NCBI GenBank assembly: GCA_047639675.1
Contig: JBLIOI010000007.1
Location: 3,987-67,986, forward strand
Length of the DNA stretch: 64,000 bases
Origin: Planctomycetota bacterium
GTDB lineage: Bacteria; Planctomycetota; UBA1135; GCA-002686595
Direction of reading: 5' to 3'
The notes under the pieces were generated by a model. It did not search any database. It was given only the letters and a program-made list of their open reading frames with translations, and was not told where the DNA came from. Positions 9,363-19,316 of the stretch are shown here, piece after piece. Each line of letters opens with the position of its first letter. The first letter of the stretch is position 1. Position numbers and translations under genes: made by a program.

Positions 9363-10861
9363 GCGCGGACATTTCGGGCTCGTCGCCCTTGCAGCTCTCC
9401 GCGTGGGAACTCCGCGACAAGGTGGTTGCGGGCGACTTCACCCCACTCGAAGTTGTCGACGCTCACTTGCAGCACGCCGCGCAACTCGGCAAAGAACTAG
9501 GCGCCTTTCAATCCATCGATGCTGAAGGTGCGCGCAGTCGCGCGAGCGAACTTCAAGCCGCTCGCGATGCGGGCGACACACCTGGGCCTTTGTTCGGTGT
9601 GCCGATCGCACTCAAAGCCAATATGTGTTTGGCGGGTAGTGAAGCCAACTGCGGCAGCCAAATTCTGGCGGGCTACAAGGCGCCTTACACCGCGACCTTC
9701 GTACAGCGGGCGCTGGACGCCGGCGCGATTCCCTTCGGCATCACCGAGATGGACGAATTTGCCATGGGCTCATCCGGCGAGAATTCATCCTACGGATGTT
9801 CGCGCAACCCGTGGGACACAACGCGCACCGCTGGCGGTTCGTCAAGCGGCAGCGCCGTCGCCGTCGCTGCGGGGCTCGCTCCAATTTCATTGGGTTCCGA
9901 CACCGGCGGTTCCGTTCGCCAACCGGCCGCCTTCTGCGGTATCTATGGTTTAAAGCCCACGTACGGCCGTGTGTCGCGTTATGGCTTGGTGGCTTTTGGT
10001 TCGTCCCTCGATCAAGTCAGCCCCTTTGCACGTACCGTGCGCGACTTGGAGATCATGCTCGAAGCAATTTCTGGTCATGACGTTCGGGACTCAACCAGCC
10101 TGCCCTTGAGTGCATTCCAACCGGAGCGTTCCGACAGTCAGAGTGATCTCAAAGGGCTGCGCATTGGCGTACCCCAAGAGTACAGCGGCGATGGCGTCGA
10201 CACGGGAGTCCGAGAAGCATGCGACGCAGCCCTTGCGCAATTCGAAGCGCTCGGCGCCGAACTCGTCCCGATTCAATTACCGCACACCAAATACGCGATC
10301 TCCACCTACTACGTGATCGCCACCGCCGAAGCTTCCAGCAACCTAGGCCGCTTCGATGGCAGCTTGTACGGCAAGCGCGACTTGGGCGACGGTAGCCTGC
10401 AAGGCATGTTCGCAGCGACACGCGATAGCGGTTTCGGCGACGAGGTCAAACGCCGCATCATGTTGGGCACCTACGTTCTCTCCGCGGGCTACTACGACGC
10501 GTGGTACGGCAAGGCACTCAAAGTCCGCACCTTATTGCGACAAGACTTTGAACAAGCCTTCGAGTCGGTTGACGTCATCGCTGGCCCGACTGCCCCCACC
10601 ACGCCCTTCGCCCTCGGCGAACGAGTCTCCGATCCTTTGGCCATGTACCTCAGCGACATCTTTACTGTGCCCGCATCGCTAGCAGGCGTTCCTGCTCTAA
10701 GCTTGCCCGCTGGCTTCGCGAATGGCTTACCTGTTGGATTGCAACTGATCGGCCCGACGCTTTCGGAAGGCCGCCTCTTGCGCGTGGCCGCTGCTTTTGA
10801 ACAAGCGACGACGCATCACTCAAAGCAACCAGAACTAGCCTCAAAGGGAGGTGCCGTATGA
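9359..10861 (+). CDS. gatA: Glutamyl-tRNA(Gln) amidotransferase subunit A
   Basis: 500 aa with the amidase signature GGSSSGSAVAVAAGLAPISLGSDTGGSVRQPAAFCG. Sits between gatC and gatB with 4-nt overlaps. Confidence 0.95.
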   Translation: MSADISGSSPLQLSAWELRDKVVAGDFTPLEVVDAHLQHAAQLGKELGAFQSIDAEGARSRASELQAARDAGDTPGPLFGVPIALKANMCLAGSEANCGSQILAGYKAPYTATFVQRALDAGAIPFGITEMDEFAMGSSGENSSYGCSRNPWDTTRTAGGSSSGSAVAVAAGLAPISLGSDTGGSVRQPAAFCGIYGLKPTYGRVSRYGLVAFGSSLDQVSPFARTVRDLEIMLEAISGHDVRDSTSLPLSAFQPERSDSQSDLKGLRIGVPQEYSGDGVDTGVREACDAALAQFEALGAELVPIQLPHTKYAISTYYVIATAEASSNLGRFDGSLYGKRDLGDGSLQGMFAATRDSGFGDEVKRRIMLGTYVLSAGYYDAWYGKALKVRTLLRQDFEQAFESVDVIAGPTAPTTPFALGERVSDPLAMYLSDIFTVPASLAGVPALSLPAGFANGLPVGLQLIGPTLSEGRLLRVAAAFEQATTHHSKQPELASKGGAV

Positions 10862-12354
10862 GCACGCAAAAGATCGCCGGCTTCACGCGCGAAGGTTCCG
10901 ATTGGATTTCCGAAGCGACAGGTACCCGCTGGATCCCCGTCATTGGCTTGGAGGTGCACGCACAACTGCGCACGCGTACCAAACTCTTCTGTAGTTGTGA
11001 GAGCCGCTTCGCCGCTCCGCCGAACAGTTTGACCTGCCCCGTTTGTACGGGCCAGCCCGGAACCCTGCCGGTGCTCAACGCCGACGCCTTGGAACTCGCC
11101 GTGCGCGCCGCCCTGGCGGTCGGGGCCGAGATCAATCCGCTTTCCAAGTTTGATCGCAAGAATTACTTCTACTGCGACGTCCCGAAGAACTATCAGATCA
11201 CCCAGTACGACGAGCCCTATTGCCGCGGCGGTTCGATCCGATTGGCATCGGGACGCACGGTGCGTCTGAACCGCATCCATATCGAAGAAGACGCGGGCAA
11301 ATCGATTCACAACCAAGGCACCGCGACCCTTGTCGACCTCAACCGCGCCGGCGTGCCGCTAATCGAGTCTGTAACCGAAGCTGATCTCGACAACTCCGCC
11401 GACGCCGCCGCTTATCTAACGGCTCTGCGCGAAATCCTCGTTTACTGCGGAGTTTCAAACGCGGACATGGAAAAGGGCGAGATGCGTTGCGACGTCAACA
11501 TCTCCGTGCATCCCGCCGGTGAAGAGTGGCGCACCAAGGTCGAGATCAAGAACCTCAACTCAGTCTCCAACGTCATCGGATCCATCGAACACGAGATCCC
11601 GCGCCAAATCGCCGCCTGGGAAACCGGCGATCCCGCCCAGGCTCCTGTGCAGGAAACGCGCCTCTTTGACGTCGACAAGAACGCCACTCGCAGCATGCGC
11701 AAAAAGGAAGGGGAAGCCGATTACCGCTACTTCCCCGACCCGGACCTGCCCCCGCTCAGCGCTCCCGAGGCCTTCATTGAGGAGCAACGCAGCCTACTCC
11801 CCGAGTTGCCCGCCGCCCGCCGCGAACTCTATCAAGAGAGGATGGGACTCTCCGCCTACGACGCGGACGTGTTGACGGCGTCGCGCGACGTGTCCGACTT
11901 CTTTGAAGCTGTGGTCAAGCTCTGTAACGAACCCAAGGAAGCCGCCAACTGGATCTCCAACGAAATCCTACGCGCCCTATCCGGCGATGAATTCGAAGCT
12001 CAGCAGATCGACGAGTTGCCCCTCAAGCCCTTCGATTTATCCGAGTTGATCGGCCTCTCCACCAAAGGCGTCGTCAACAGCTCCGCCGCGCGCCAAGTGA
12101 TGCGCGAGATGATGAAGACTGGTAAGGCAGCTGGGCAGTTGGTGATGGAACTGGGTCTTGAACAGGTTCAAGACGACGGACAGCTCGAAGTTTGGTGCCA
12201 GGAAGCCCTGGTCGGCCGAGAGTCCGTCATTGAGGACGTGCGCGCCGGCAACCACAAGGCGGTCGGCGCACTGATGGGCGCCGTGATGAAAGCATCGGGC
12301 GGGAAAGCCAACCCACAGAAGACGCGCGAGATCCTGATTCGGCTCATCGGTTAG
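10858..12354 (+). CDS. gatB: Asp/Glu-tRNA amidotransferase subunit B
   Basis: 498 aa: VIGLEVHAQL..., CPVCTGQPGTLPVLN, HIEEDAGKSIH, RCDVNISV, and a C-terminal GatB/YqeY tail. Confidence 0.95.
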   Translation: MSTQKIAGFTREGSDWISEATGTRWIPVIGLEVHAQLRTRTKLFCSCESRFAAPPNSLTCPVCTGQPGTLPVLNADALELAVRAALAVGAEINPLSKFDRKNYFYCDVPKNYQITQYDEPYCRGGSIRLASGRTVRLNRIHIEEDAGKSIHNQGTATLVDLNRAGVPLIESVTEADLDNSADAAAYLTALREILVYCGVSNADMEKGEMRCDVNISVHPAGEEWRTKVEIKNLNSVSNVIGSIEHEIPRQIAAWETGDPAQAPVQETRLFDVDKNATRSMRKKEGEADYRYFPDPDLPPLSAPEAFIEEQRSLLPELPAARRELYQERMGLSAYDADVLTASRDVSDFFEAVVKLCNEPKEAANWISNEILRALSGDEFEAQQIDELPLKPFDLSELIGLSTKGVVNSSAARQVMREMMKTGKAAGQLVMELGLEQVQDDGQLEVWCQEALVGRESVIEDVRAGNHKAVGALMGAVMKASGGKANPQKTREILIRLIG

Positions 12355-12362
12355 CTTCGGCC

Positions 12363-12497
12363 GGAAGACGGCGGTACCGAGCGCGGGTAATCTCCGCCAC
12401 CATCGCAACTGGCCCCAGGCCAGAATCCGGAGGACTCTGATCTGGGGCCAGTTGCGAAGGTGACGGAGACTGCCCGGGCTCGCTACCGCCGTCTTCC
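12363..12497. repeat. 135-nt near-perfect palindromic element (56-nt arms, 23-nt loop) between convergent genes
   Basis: Left arm GGAAGACGGCGGTACCGAGCGCGGGTAATCTCCGCCACCATCGCAACTGGCCCCAG. Reverse complement of right arm GGAAGACGGCGGTAGCGAGCCCGGGCAGTCTCCGTCACCTTCGCAACTGGCCCCAG. 50 of 56 positions match, counted by hand. Confidence 0.85.
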
Positions 12498-12512
12498 AAT
12501 TGTCGTCGCCGC

Positions 12513-13577
12513 TTATTCGTCGTCGCCGCCTTTGACTACGAGTTCCCAAGCAGCTTCGCCGGAGATCTCTGCGGAGAGTTCCATCGAGTGGGACTGACCA
12601 GCCATGTCCATCTCGCCTTCCATGTCCATGAAAGTCGTAACGTCGGTGCTCATCTCAAAACCCTGTACATGGGAACCTCGCAGGTTCCAGAGCAAGGTGC
12701 CTTCACCTTCCATCTCGAGCCCGATGGTTGCTGTCAGACTGACTTCCAAGCCTTGCTCACCGGCCTGAAGGTCGATCACGCTCTGGATCACGTCGGAGAG
12801 GTCGAGGCTCGCCTCGCTTTCAAACTTGAAGGTGATAACGCCAACGTTGACACCATCCTCGTCACGCGATCCGGCGTAGGTACAGGTGATCGCGAAATCG
12901 CCGAAGGCCTCAGCCATCTGCTCCTCCATGGCTTCCTCGACGAGTTCCGTAATCTCTTCTGCGTTCTCGTCCTCTCCACCACCGAGGTCAGCGGGCATGC
13001 CGCCAGGGAAGAAGATATTCCCCAGGTCGTCGCCAGAGACTTCCCATGTGTCGCCTTCGGAGACTTCGCCGTCAGGCAAGAGGGCGAGGAAGTCCATGTC
13101 GACCTCTAGGTTCTCAAGCACGTCTTCGTTGCCTTCGCTTTCGTGGAAAGACTTGATGTACTCGTCGGCTTCGCCGTCCCAAACAAAGGCAACCGTCGAG
13201 TCTTCGAGTTCAGCGAAGTCATCGACTGACTCCGGCTCGCTCTCAGGTCCAGCCTCAAGGGTCAGCTCGTCGTAGGTGCGGTGCAATACAGACTGACGAC
13301 CCTCTCTGGTCTTCACGTAATCATCGGTAACGCCAACCAAAGCGGTGACCATCATGCCTTCTTCCATGGCAGCCCCCAGCATCTCGGCGGGAAGCTCCTG
13401 GCCGTCAACAACCACGTTGAGGTCGTCGACGTAGAAAGTAGCTTCCAAGCTCAGCTCTTTGGAAACTGTGGCGCCTTCTGCGGGGCTGAAAGAAACCTTG
13501 TCTTCGCGGCTCGCGAAAGCGAGAAGCGGAAGGACGATCAGAGGCAGGGCGACGGAAAGCGTCTTCGTAATGTTCAT
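12513..13577 (-). CDS. Secreted, strongly acidic hypothetical protein
   Basis: ORF 12513..13631; probable start is the ATG at 13577 (MNITKTLSVALPLIVLPLLAFASRE signal peptide). The rest is very D/E-rich with no recognisable domain. Confidence 0.6.
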   Translation of the reverse strand: MNITKTLSVALPLIVLPLLAFASREDKVSFSPAEGATVSKELSLEATFYVDDLNVVVDGQELPAEMLGAAMEEGMMVTALVGVTDDYVKTREGRQSVLHRTYDELTLEAGPESEPESVDDFAELEDSTVAFVWDGEADEYIKSFHESEGNEDVLENLEVDMDFLALLPDGEVSEGDTWEVSGDDLGNIFFPGGMPADLGGGEDENAEEITELVEEAMEEQMAEAFGDFAITCTYAGSRDEDGVNVGVITFKFESEASLDLSDVIQSVIDLQAGEQGLEVSLTATIGLEMEGEGTLLWNLRGSHVQGFEMSTDVTTFMDMEGEMDMAGQSHSMELSAEISGEAAWELVVKGGDDE

Positions 13578-13736
13578 CTGTTTTCTGAGGAGAGCTCTAG
13601 GGCTAGTTGAAGCACCGGTTTGCCCTGGCAAGAGGGCGCACTGGCGGGGATTTCATTGGCACAATAGCTCCCTTTCGGAGCTAAGTGCCTGCCATTTCTG
13701 GCTGTCTTGAAGAGAAGTTGGGGCAAAAACCGGTCC

Positions 13737-15287
13737 CTACTCCCACTCGATAGTGGAGGGCGGCTTGCTACTGATGTCGAGGACCACGCGGTTGATCCCC
13801 GGAACCTGGTTGATGATGCGGCCTGAGATGCGCTGGAGCAGCTCCCGAGGTAGATAACCCCAGTCTGCTGTCATACCATCGGAGGACTCCACGATGCGCA
13901 GGGCGCAGGTGGCCTCGTAGGTGCGACGGTCGCCCATCACCCCCACTGTTTTTACAGGCAGGAGCACGGCGAAGTACTGCCACAGATCCTTGTGCTCGCC
14001 GGCAGCTTCAATCTCGCCGGTGCAGATCGCGTCCGCTTCCTGCAAGAGGGCGACTTTTTCACGCGTGACCTCGCCGAGGATTCTGACCGCCAGGCCCGGA
14101 CCGGGAAAGGGTTGGCGCAGGACGATGCGATCCGCCAAGCCGAGGAAGCGGCCGATCACTCGAACCTCATCCTTGAACAGCTCGCGCAAGGGCTCGACCA
14201 GTTCCATGTCAAGGTCGTCGGGCAGTCCGCCGACGTTGTGGTGACTCTTGATCACAGCCGTGTTGCCGCCGTGAACATTGACGGACTCGATCACATCGGG
14301 ATAGAGCGTGCCTTGACCGAGGAAGTTGGAGTTCTTGAATCGCTTGGCTTCTTCACGGAAGACCTCAACGAACTCATTCCCGATTACCTTGCGTTTCTGT
14401 TCGGGATCCGTGACACCGGCGAGGGCATCAAGGAAACGTTTGGATGCATCCACCACGGTCAGGTCCATGCCGAGGTGTTCAGCGAATTCCGACTCGACGT
14501 CTTCGCGTTCACCTTTGCGCAACAATCCGTTGTCGACGAAGATGCAGTGCAAGCGCTTGCCGATGGCCTTGTTCAGGATCATCGCCGCGACAGAAGAATC
14601 GACGCCACCGGACAAGCCGAGTATGACTTCGCCGTCTACACCGACAATTTCATGAATGCGTTCGATTTCGCGGTCGACAATTGAACCCGGCTTCCAGTCG
14701 CCCTTTAAGTTGCAGATGCGCATCAGGAAGTTGTCGATCACTTCGCGACCGCGCACTGAGTGCGAAACCTCCGGGTGGAATTGAACACCCCACAGATTGC
14801 GCTTGGGATCGGCGATGGCGGCCTCCGGACAATCGTCGGACTGCGCCATGGTCACAAAGCCTTCCGGCAAGCGTGTCACGGAGTCGCCATGACTCATCCA
14901 TACCACCGTGTGCCCACCGATCTCAGCGAACAACCCTTCGGAGAGCATCACGCGAATCGAGGTACGGCCGTACTCGCGCGTTTCCGAAGCGACCACTTCT
15001 CCTCCAAGAGTGCGGCACATCCAATGCATGCCATAGCAGATTCCCAGCACGGGCACGTCGAGATCGAGCAACCCCTCTGGAACCACCGGCGCGTCATCGT
15101 CGTAAACAGAAGAGGGACCACCAGAGAGAATGATTCCTCCCAAGTTCATGCCCGCAGCCGCTTCGAGAGCGTTTTCAGGAATCGTGATCTGACAGAAAGT
15201 GCCAGCCTCGCGCACGCGGCGCGCGATCAATTGCGTGTACTGCGTGCCGAGATCGACAATCAGTACTCCCTGCAAGTCCATACTCAT
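13737..15287 (-). CDS. guaA: GMP synthase (glutamine-hydrolysing)
   Basis: 516 aa. N-terminal GATase (LGICYGMHWM), ATP-PPase loop GLSGGVDSSV, and a conserved C-terminal end ...PPSTIEWE. Confidence 0.95.
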   Translation of the reverse strand: MSMDLQGVLIVDLGTQYTQLIARRVREAGTFCQITIPENALEAAAGMNLGGIILSGGPSSVYDDDAPVVPEGLLDLDVPVLGICYGMHWMCRTLGGEVVASETREYGRTSIRVMLSEGLFAEIGGHTVVWMSHGDSVTRLPEGFVTMAQSDDCPEAAIADPKRNLWGVQFHPEVSHSVRGREVIDNFLMRICNLKGDWKPGSIVDREIERIHEIVGVDGEVILGLSGGVDSSVAAMILNKAIGKRLHCIFVDNGLLRKGEREDVESEFAEHLGMDLTVVDASKRFLDALAGVTDPEQKRKVIGNEFVEVFREEAKRFKNSNFLGQGTLYPDVIESVNVHGGNTAVIKSHHNVGGLPDDLDMELVEPLRELFKDEVRVIGRFLGLADRIVLRQPFPGPGLAVRILGEVTREKVALLQEADAICTGEIEAAGEHKDLWQYFAVLLPVKTVGVMGDRRTYEATCALRIVESSDGMTADWGYLPRELLQRISGRIINQVPGINRVVLDISSKPPSTIEWE

Positions 15288-16735
15288 TGGTCGTGGAAGT
15301 AGTTGGGGGCTTCCTTGGTGATTGTCACATCATGCGGGTGCGCTTCGCGCATGCCAGCGGCTGTGATACGAATAAATTGGGCGCGTTCCCACAGATCGGT
15401 GAGAGTACGCGACCCGGTGTAACCGAGCCCGGCTTGGATACCGCCGGTCAGTTGGTGAACGAAGCCTGAAAGGGGTCCCTTGGTCGGGACCATGCCTTCA
15501 ATGCCTTCCGGTACGAGTTTTTCCGTCTCGGTCACGTGTCCCTGGCGATAGCGCTCCTTCGAGCCCTTTTGCATCGCACCGATCGAGCCCATGCCACGTA
15601 CGCTTTTGAACGAACGACCCTTGTAGAGGATCTTCTCTCCGGGGCTCTCATCGAGTCCGGCAAAGAGACTGCCTAGCATCACACACGAAGCACCGGCTGC
15701 CAGAGCTTTGACTATGTCTCCGGAGAAACGAATGCCGCCGTCAGCGATGACGGGAATGTCGTACTTGCCCTTGAGCGCTTCAACCACGTCAAGTACCGCA
15801 GTCAACTGCGGTACGCCGATGCCAGCAACGATGCGTGTGGTACAGATCGAACCAGGGCCGATGCCGACTTTGACACCGTCGGCGCCAGCTTCGGCAAGTT
15901 CCAAGGCGGCTTCGCCCGTAGCGATGTTTCCCGCGATCACATCGACGTCGAACATCTTCTTCAAGCTGCGAACGGTTTCGATCACGTTACTACTGTGACC
16001 GTGCGCCGTATCGACAACGAGGACATCAACGCCGGCATCTACGAGTCCGGCTGCGCTTTCGGGATGGTTGACACCAATCGCGGCGCCCACTCGCAATCGT
16101 CCGCGCGAGTCGGTTGCCGACTGCGGGAACTTGGCGAGCATGTTCAAGTCCTTCATCGTGATCAAACCCTGCAGGCAGTTGTCATCATCAACGATGATCA
16201 GCTTCTCCACCTTGTGGCGGAAAAGCAGTGTGCGTGCTTGATCTAAGCTGGTGCCCGGGGGCGCCGTAATCAAGTTCTCCGAAGTCATGATGCCGCCGAC
16301 TGGAGTCTCGTCATCCATTTCGAATCGGCAATCACGACTGGTCAGAATTCCAACCACGCGATTCTTGTCGACAATTGGCAAGCCCGAGATGTGTTGACGC
16401 GCCATGATCTCGCGCGCCTCGCCGATCGTCGCGGTCGGCGCCAGCGTCAGCGGATCTAAGATCACACCATTGGCCGAACGCTTGACCTTGTCCACTTCTG
16501 CAATCTGACCTTCGAGGCCAAGATTGCGGTGAATCACGCCGAGGCCGCCTTCACGCGCCAAAGCCACAGCCAGCTCCCATTCCGTCACCGTGTCCATAGC
16601 GGCGGACACAAGCGGACACTTGAGTTGGACGTTACGCGACACACGCGTTCCCAAGTCGACGTCCGACGGCAGAACGTCGGAGTGGCGAGGCACCAAGAGG
16701 ACGTCGTCAAACGTCAGCCCTTCCTTCAGCTCCAT
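15284..16735 (-). CDS. guaB: IMP dehydrogenase
   Basis: 483 aa: [10 protein letters not shown], a CBS pair, the catalytic loop [11 protein letters not shown], and [21 protein letters not shown] overlap with guaA. Confidence 0.95.
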   Translation of the reverse strand: MELKEGLTFDDVLLVPRHSDVLPSDVDLGTRVSRNVQLKCPLVSAAMDTVTEWELAVALAREGGLGVIHRNLGLEGQIAEVDKVKRSANGVILDPLTLAPTATIGEAREIMARQHISGLPIVDKNRVVGILTSRDCRFEMDDETPVGGIMTSENLITAPPGTSLDQARTLLFRHKVEKLIIVDDDNCLQGLITMKDLNMLAKFPQSATDSRGRLRVGAAIGVNHPESAAGLVDAGVDVLVVDTAHGHSSNVIETVRSLKKMFDVDVIAGNIATGEAALELAEAGADGVKVGIGPGSICTTRIVAGIGVPQLTAVLDVVEALKGKYDIPVIADGGIRFSGDIVKALAAGASCVMLGSLFAGLDESPGEKILYKGRSFKSVRGMGSIGAMQKGSKERYRQGHVTETEKLVPEGIEGMVPTKGPLSGFVHQLTGGIQAGLGYTGSRTLTDLWERAQFIRITAAGMREAHPHDVTITKEAPNYFHDQ

Positions 16736-17078
16736 GCGATCACAAGTCTCTCAGGGTGAACCCGAGGTATTCGAAGAGTGGGGTGGAAAAGGCCGATCGT
16801 AGCGACTTCGGGCCCCACCTTCCACGTTCGTGCCCCGCTTCCGCGCCGCTGAGCGATTAAATTAAGAGGGGCCAACCCCGCCACCGAAGTGATGAGATGG
16901 GCCCCAAGAAGGAGGAGATGGCTTATTTGTCGGATGGGAAGCCCCTGAGCCTGAGCATTCGTTTTGGAAAGTTCGTGTCACTTTCCTCCGAATACGGTGC
17001 AGCATGGCCTTCCCATACCCGAAATGGTGCATATCGGGGCTTTGGAGTCCCATGTGTGACCCCTAGGATTACCCCCCC

Positions 17079-19316
17079 ATGAAGATCGAGACCCAGGCGA
17101 CGAAAGCCGCCAGCTCTAGTGAGAGCCCCCTGACAAACGCCGTGAGCAGCACCCCCCAGCCAGAATCGCCTGCATTCGAGCTCATCTCGAAAAAGCCCAC
17201 CCGCGTCGCCCTCGTGGGCGCCGGCTTCATCGCAGACTTTCACCTGGAGATCCTGACCAAGATGCAGGAGGTCGAAGTCGTCGCGGTTTGTGACCCTGTC
17301 TTGGGAAGGGCGCGCAGCCTGGCGGACAAATGGTCGGTGCCAGTGGCTGTCGCCAGCATTGCTGAGCTCGCGGAACATGGCATTCAAATTGCACATCTCC
17401 TAACTCCGCCGGACCTGCACATGCGTTTGGCCAAGGAGGTCTTGGAGTTAGGTATTGGGCTTTACGTGGAGAAGCCCCTGGTACTTTCAGCAAGCGATGC
17501 ACGTGAGTTGGTGGAGCTAGCCGCGAAACGCAAGCTACCGCTCGGTGTGAACCACAACCATGTCTTTCAACCGGCCTTCGTACGTTTGATGGAGAAGGTC
17601 AATGCGGGCGAGATCGGTGCGGTGGAACACGTGCAAGTCACTTGGAGTGTTCCGCTCATGCAACTCGACGCGGAACAGTACTCACACTGGATGTTCCGCT
17701 CGCCGCGCAACATCATGTTTGAACAAGGCCCCCACCCGCTTAGCCAAGTTCATCGTTTGGTCGGTGCCGTGCAGGATTGTCACACAGAGATATTGAGCTC
17801 GCGGGAATTGCTCCCCGGTCAAACATTCGTCGACAGGTGGCTCGTTTCTGCTCGCGGGGAACGCGCTACCGCAGAAATCTACTTGGCCTTTGGTCAAGGA
17901 TTCACGCGCAACACAATACAGGTAATCGGCAGCGATGGAACGCTGGAAGCCGACTTCACTCACGACACACTCGCCGGCGAACGCAAGACGCTTTGGCTTG
18001 AGTTTTGGAACTCGTTCCTGGCGGCCTGGCGCCGCGGAAAGATGTACAAGAAGGACGCACGCCGTGTGCTCAAGAACTATCTCTCAGCGACATTAGGATT
18101 AGCAGAACGCAAGGATGCTTTCTTTGCTGGCATGCGCTCCTCGATAGGGTCCTTTCATCAGAGCCTGCGGGCCGGGACTGCCTTACCCGTAGACGGCGCG
18201 CAAGCGGCTGAAGTCCTGGATTGGTGCGATGCCGTAGCCAAGGAAGTCAAAGATGTGGAAGCGCCGAATTCGGAGCTCTCGGCGGAAAGTGCGCGCCCTG
18301 GCGAAGTCGTAGTCCTCGGCGGGACGGGATTCATAGGCAAGCGCGTCGTTCGTGGCTTGCTCGATGCGGGCGTGCCGGTCACATGCGTTGTGCGCCGTAC
18401 GCATTCTTTGCCCGAAATAGTCGAGGAGGGCGCACGCGATGGTCGCATTCGCTTGTTACGCGGCAGCCTCGAAAAAGCCGAAGACCTCGAAGCCCTATTT
18501 GATGGCGCCCACGCCGTTGTGCACCTGGCCACGGGTAGCGGCGACACCTGGGATGACGTCGAGAGAGTCATGGTCCAAGGCTCAGTAAAAGTTGCCGAAG
18601 CCTGCTTGCGCAAGGACATCAAACGCTTCGTCTACATCTCCTCGGTTGCCTCACTCTACACCGGCGACGAAGGCGCTTCGCCCCTGGCGGATGCGCCCAG
18701 CACGGATCCTGAAGCCGCAACGCGTTCAGTTTACTCACGCGGCAAGGCGGCGACGGAAGACGCGCTCTTCGAACTCGCCAAGGAACATCAGTTGCCCTTG
18801 ATCGTGTTACGACCCGGCATAGTCGTTGGGGACGGAACTCCAATGCAACACTCGGGCTATGGACTTTGGGCCCGCGACAACCACTGCGTGGGTTGGGGAC
18901 TCGGCGAACATCCCTTACCGCTAGTTTGGGTTCAAGATGTGGCCGACGCGATCGTCTCTGCAACACTGCACAAGGAAAACAATTTGCACGGCAAGGCCTT
19001 AAACCTGTGCTCCAAGGTTCAGCTCAACGCACGCGAGGTTGTTGAAGAACTGCGCCATGTCACGGGCCGCGACTTGCACTTCCATGCGCGCGCACTGCCC
19101 CGCAGTCAGGCGATGGAAATCGGTAAGTACTTCGTCAAGCTGGCCGGAGGCCGCGCTGGACTGGAGTGGCCGGACTACCGCGACTTGCGTGCACGAGGTC
19201 TTTTCACGGTCTTCGAGAGCAACCTCGCTCGCGAAGTGCTCGGCTGGACCCCCGTCGAAGATCGTGAAGAGTTCCTCGACAAGACGGTTCGCATCTACGG
19301 CAAGAAAGCTCAGTGA
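17079..19316 (+). CDS. Fusion protein: Gfo/Idh/MocA-type oxidoreductase + NAD-dependent epimerase/dehydratase (extended SDR)
   Basis: 745 aa. First Rossmann motif VALVGAGFIADFHLE with a Gfo/Idh/MocA-like layout. Second Rossmann motif VVVLGGTGFIGKRVVRGLLDAG at about residue 410, followed by an SDR-type YSRGK segment. Confidence 0.75.
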   Translation: MKIETQATKAASSSESPLTNAVSSTPQPESPAFELISKKPTRVALVGAGFIADFHLEILTKMQEVEVVAVCDPVLGRARSLADKWSVPVAVASIAELAEHGIQIAHLLTPPDLHMRLAKEVLELGIGLYVEKPLVLSASDARELVELAAKRKLPLGVNHNHVFQPAFVRLMEKVNAGEIGAVEHVQVTWSVPLMQLDAEQYSHWMFRSPRNIMFEQGPHPLSQVHRLVGAVQDCHTEILSSRELLPGQTFVDRWLVSARGERATAEIYLAFGQGFTRNTIQVIGSDGTLEADFTHDTLAGERKTLWLEFWNSFLAAWRRGKMYKKDARRVLKNYLSATLGLAERKDAFFAGMRSSIGSFHQSLRAGTALPVDGAQAAEVLDWCDAVAKEVKDVEAPNSELSAESARPGEVVVLGGTGFIGKRVVRGLLDAGVPVTCVVRRTHSLPEIVEEGARDGRIRLLRGSLEKAEDLEALFDGAHAVVHLATGSGDTWDDVERVMVQGSVKVAEACLRKDIKRFVYISSVASLYTGDEGASPLADAPSTDPEAATRSVYSRGKAATEDALFELAKEHQLPLIVLRPGIVVGDGTPMQHSGYGLWARDNHCVGWGLGEHPLPLVWVQDVADAIVSATLHKENNLHGKALNLCSKVQLNAREVVEELRHVTGRDLHFHARALPRSQAMEIGKYFVKLAGGRAGLEWPDYRDLRARGLFTVFESNLAREVLGWTPVEDREEFLDKTVRIYGKKAQ

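Noticed and set aside
16897-17082. 61-codon ORF ending in an ATGA overlap with the start of the oxidoreductase-epimerase fusion gene (possible coupled upstream ORF).
   Set aside because: No recognisable motif. Its third-position composition looks less GC-biased than neighbouring genes, and it lies in a divergent promoter region. Kept only as a note.
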